DNA of 64,000 nucleotides from Chiloscyllium plagiosum (Eukaryota): contig NC_057719.1 in assembly GCF_004010195.1 (NCBI RefSeq), positions 37,816,547 to 37,880,546 of the forward strand. Direction: 5' to 3'. The notes beneath the pieces are model-generated. The model worked only from the letters and a program-made list of their open reading frames with translations, was not told where the DNA came from and did no database searches. Shown one piece after another: positions 62,383-64,000 of the stretch. How positions within the stretch are numbered: position 1 is the first letter of the stretch; every line of letters starts with the position of its first letter. The position numbers were made by a program, and so were the translations under genes.

Positions 62383-63394
62383 ACTAAAAAGCCTGGCTAC
62401 ACTTAAATAAGTCATCACGATCTGATTGGCGCATCTGAAGTTTGTGCGAGCACTCAGGATTTTGAGGATGGAAATTGCAGGCGTATTGGCCCTAATTTTC
62501 CAACCCTCTTTCAACATGGTTGGTGCCAGAGCATTGTATATCTATTTTTTTTTTAAAAAGAGTATGTGAATAAATACAGTAACTACAAGTCAATCACTTT
62601 ATCATCTTGGTTGGAAAACTTTTAGAAATGACAAACCAGGATGAAATTAATAGTCACAGCAAGGCAAGAGTGGAACATGCTGGTTTTCCTTAATTTGACT
62701 TTTCTTTAAATAAAGCATAGAGTATAAAAACAATAAAACTATGAAGAATGTGTGTGCATGCTTGATAACCTTTTCCTGAACTACATTAGATGAACTGCAT
62801 TTATTATTAAATACTTGGTGCTATTTTGAACCATGAAATGGAATACTGCTTTGCATTATTGACCATGACTGTTTTGAGATACAGAACAGCACATCATTTT
62901 GATATGAAATATCCGTTCCTGCAAAATAAATAAATAAATGCCATCCTACAATTCTTTCTTTGGCTTAGGTTTGCCCTAAGTCTGATTACTGTATGTAGGA
63001 TTTCAAACTAATTTGAAAAGTATTTTAATTTTTAGTATTTAATTATCTTTTGTACGAGCCTTCTTAAGGTTTGACCTATCACAAACGCTGTTTAATTATC
63101 TTCTAATATCGTAGTGGAACTGTAATGTCAGGACTAGATTTTATTACTGACATGATAGCGTGCTACATAAGTATATACTCTTAAGTTCCCTGAATTTCTG
63201 TTTTGTTTGACTTCCATCTCATTTGCTTCTATAATCTCTCTGACAGTTCCAGCCCTCACCAGGATCAGGATACAAAAGATCAACTGAATCTTCAGTATGA
63301 TGGTGAAAGATTCTGTACTATTAAAGATGCAGTCATTTGGAAGAAATATTAAACTGAGCTTGTAAAAGAGATGTTGCCACTTATCAATAACATA

Positions 63395-64000
63395 TGAATA
63401 TATGAATTAAGAGCAGGAGTTGACCCCTTAAACCTACTCTGGCATTTAATAAGATTTTAGCTGATTACTTCATAATCTCACTTCTCCTCAGTGACATTTC
63501 ACCCTCTTGCTTATCAAAGATCTATCTAATGCTGCCTTAAATGTAATTAAAGACTATGCTTCCATTACTTTTTCATGAAAGGAGTTCCAAAAACGCTCAA
63601 ATCTTTGAGAAATAAATTCTGCTCAGATCTGTCTTAAATGGGCCACCCCTAATTTTAAATTGCCCTCCAAGAAACATATCTTTTCCATGTCTACCTGGTC
63701 AAGATTTCTCAAGATCTTGTGTTTTCTTTTTCTAAACTCCAGTATATAAAAACCTAGCTGATTCAGCCCTTCATTAGCTTTCCTAATTACTTGCTGTACT
63801 TGCATACTAAGCTTTTGTGTGTCAAACACCATGACAGTCTCATCATTCTGCATCTCAGAGTTCTGCAATCTTTCACTATTTAGTTAATATGCTTACTATT
63901 TATTCTACCTGCCAAAGCAAATAAGTACACATTTTCCGATCATTGTCCACTATCTATATCCTTATGTAGTCTCCTATGATTTCTTCACAACTTACTTTCC
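63395..64000 (-). mobile_element. Old CR1 3' fragment running off the window end
   Basis: QKLSMQVQQVIRKAN..LGFYILEFRK plus 3' UTR. Confidence 0.7.

Noticed and set aside
47340..64000. Next TECPR2 exon (expected to resemble ...SSPNDQMLW...)
   Set aside because: I did not find it by eye. It probably lies beyond the window; tBLASTn would settle this.

Overview
This is vertebrate genomic DNA. The repeat content (HE1/V-SINE-type SINEs, CR1 LINEs, Deu-type SINEs) points to a cartilaginous fish, probably a shark (inference). The window holds an internal part of TECPR2 on the + strand: ten coding exons from 4470 to 47339, all with GT-AG introns and consistent phases, giving 2864 nt or about 954 codons. 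They encode the Ser/acidic linker and most of the tectonin beta-propeller region; the start and stop codons are not in the window. The introns are full of decayed CR1 LINEs, three SINE families, a second LINE family, two inverted solo LTRs of one family and Penelope-like element (PLE) remnants. The most striking signal is a set of short PLE-derived insertions from at least three sequence families. Each carries a minimal hammerhead-ribozyme motif: CUGANGA, stem II, GAAA and a palindromic ACGU/AGCU in place of helix III, with covarying stems. Four are fold-back palindromes with one unpaired tail and a target-site duplication (TSD); in three, the TSD overlaps the inverted end by microhomology. 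One 140-N assembly gap lies inside a PLE. All homology calls are from memory and motif reading, not database searches, and most repeat boundaries are approximate.
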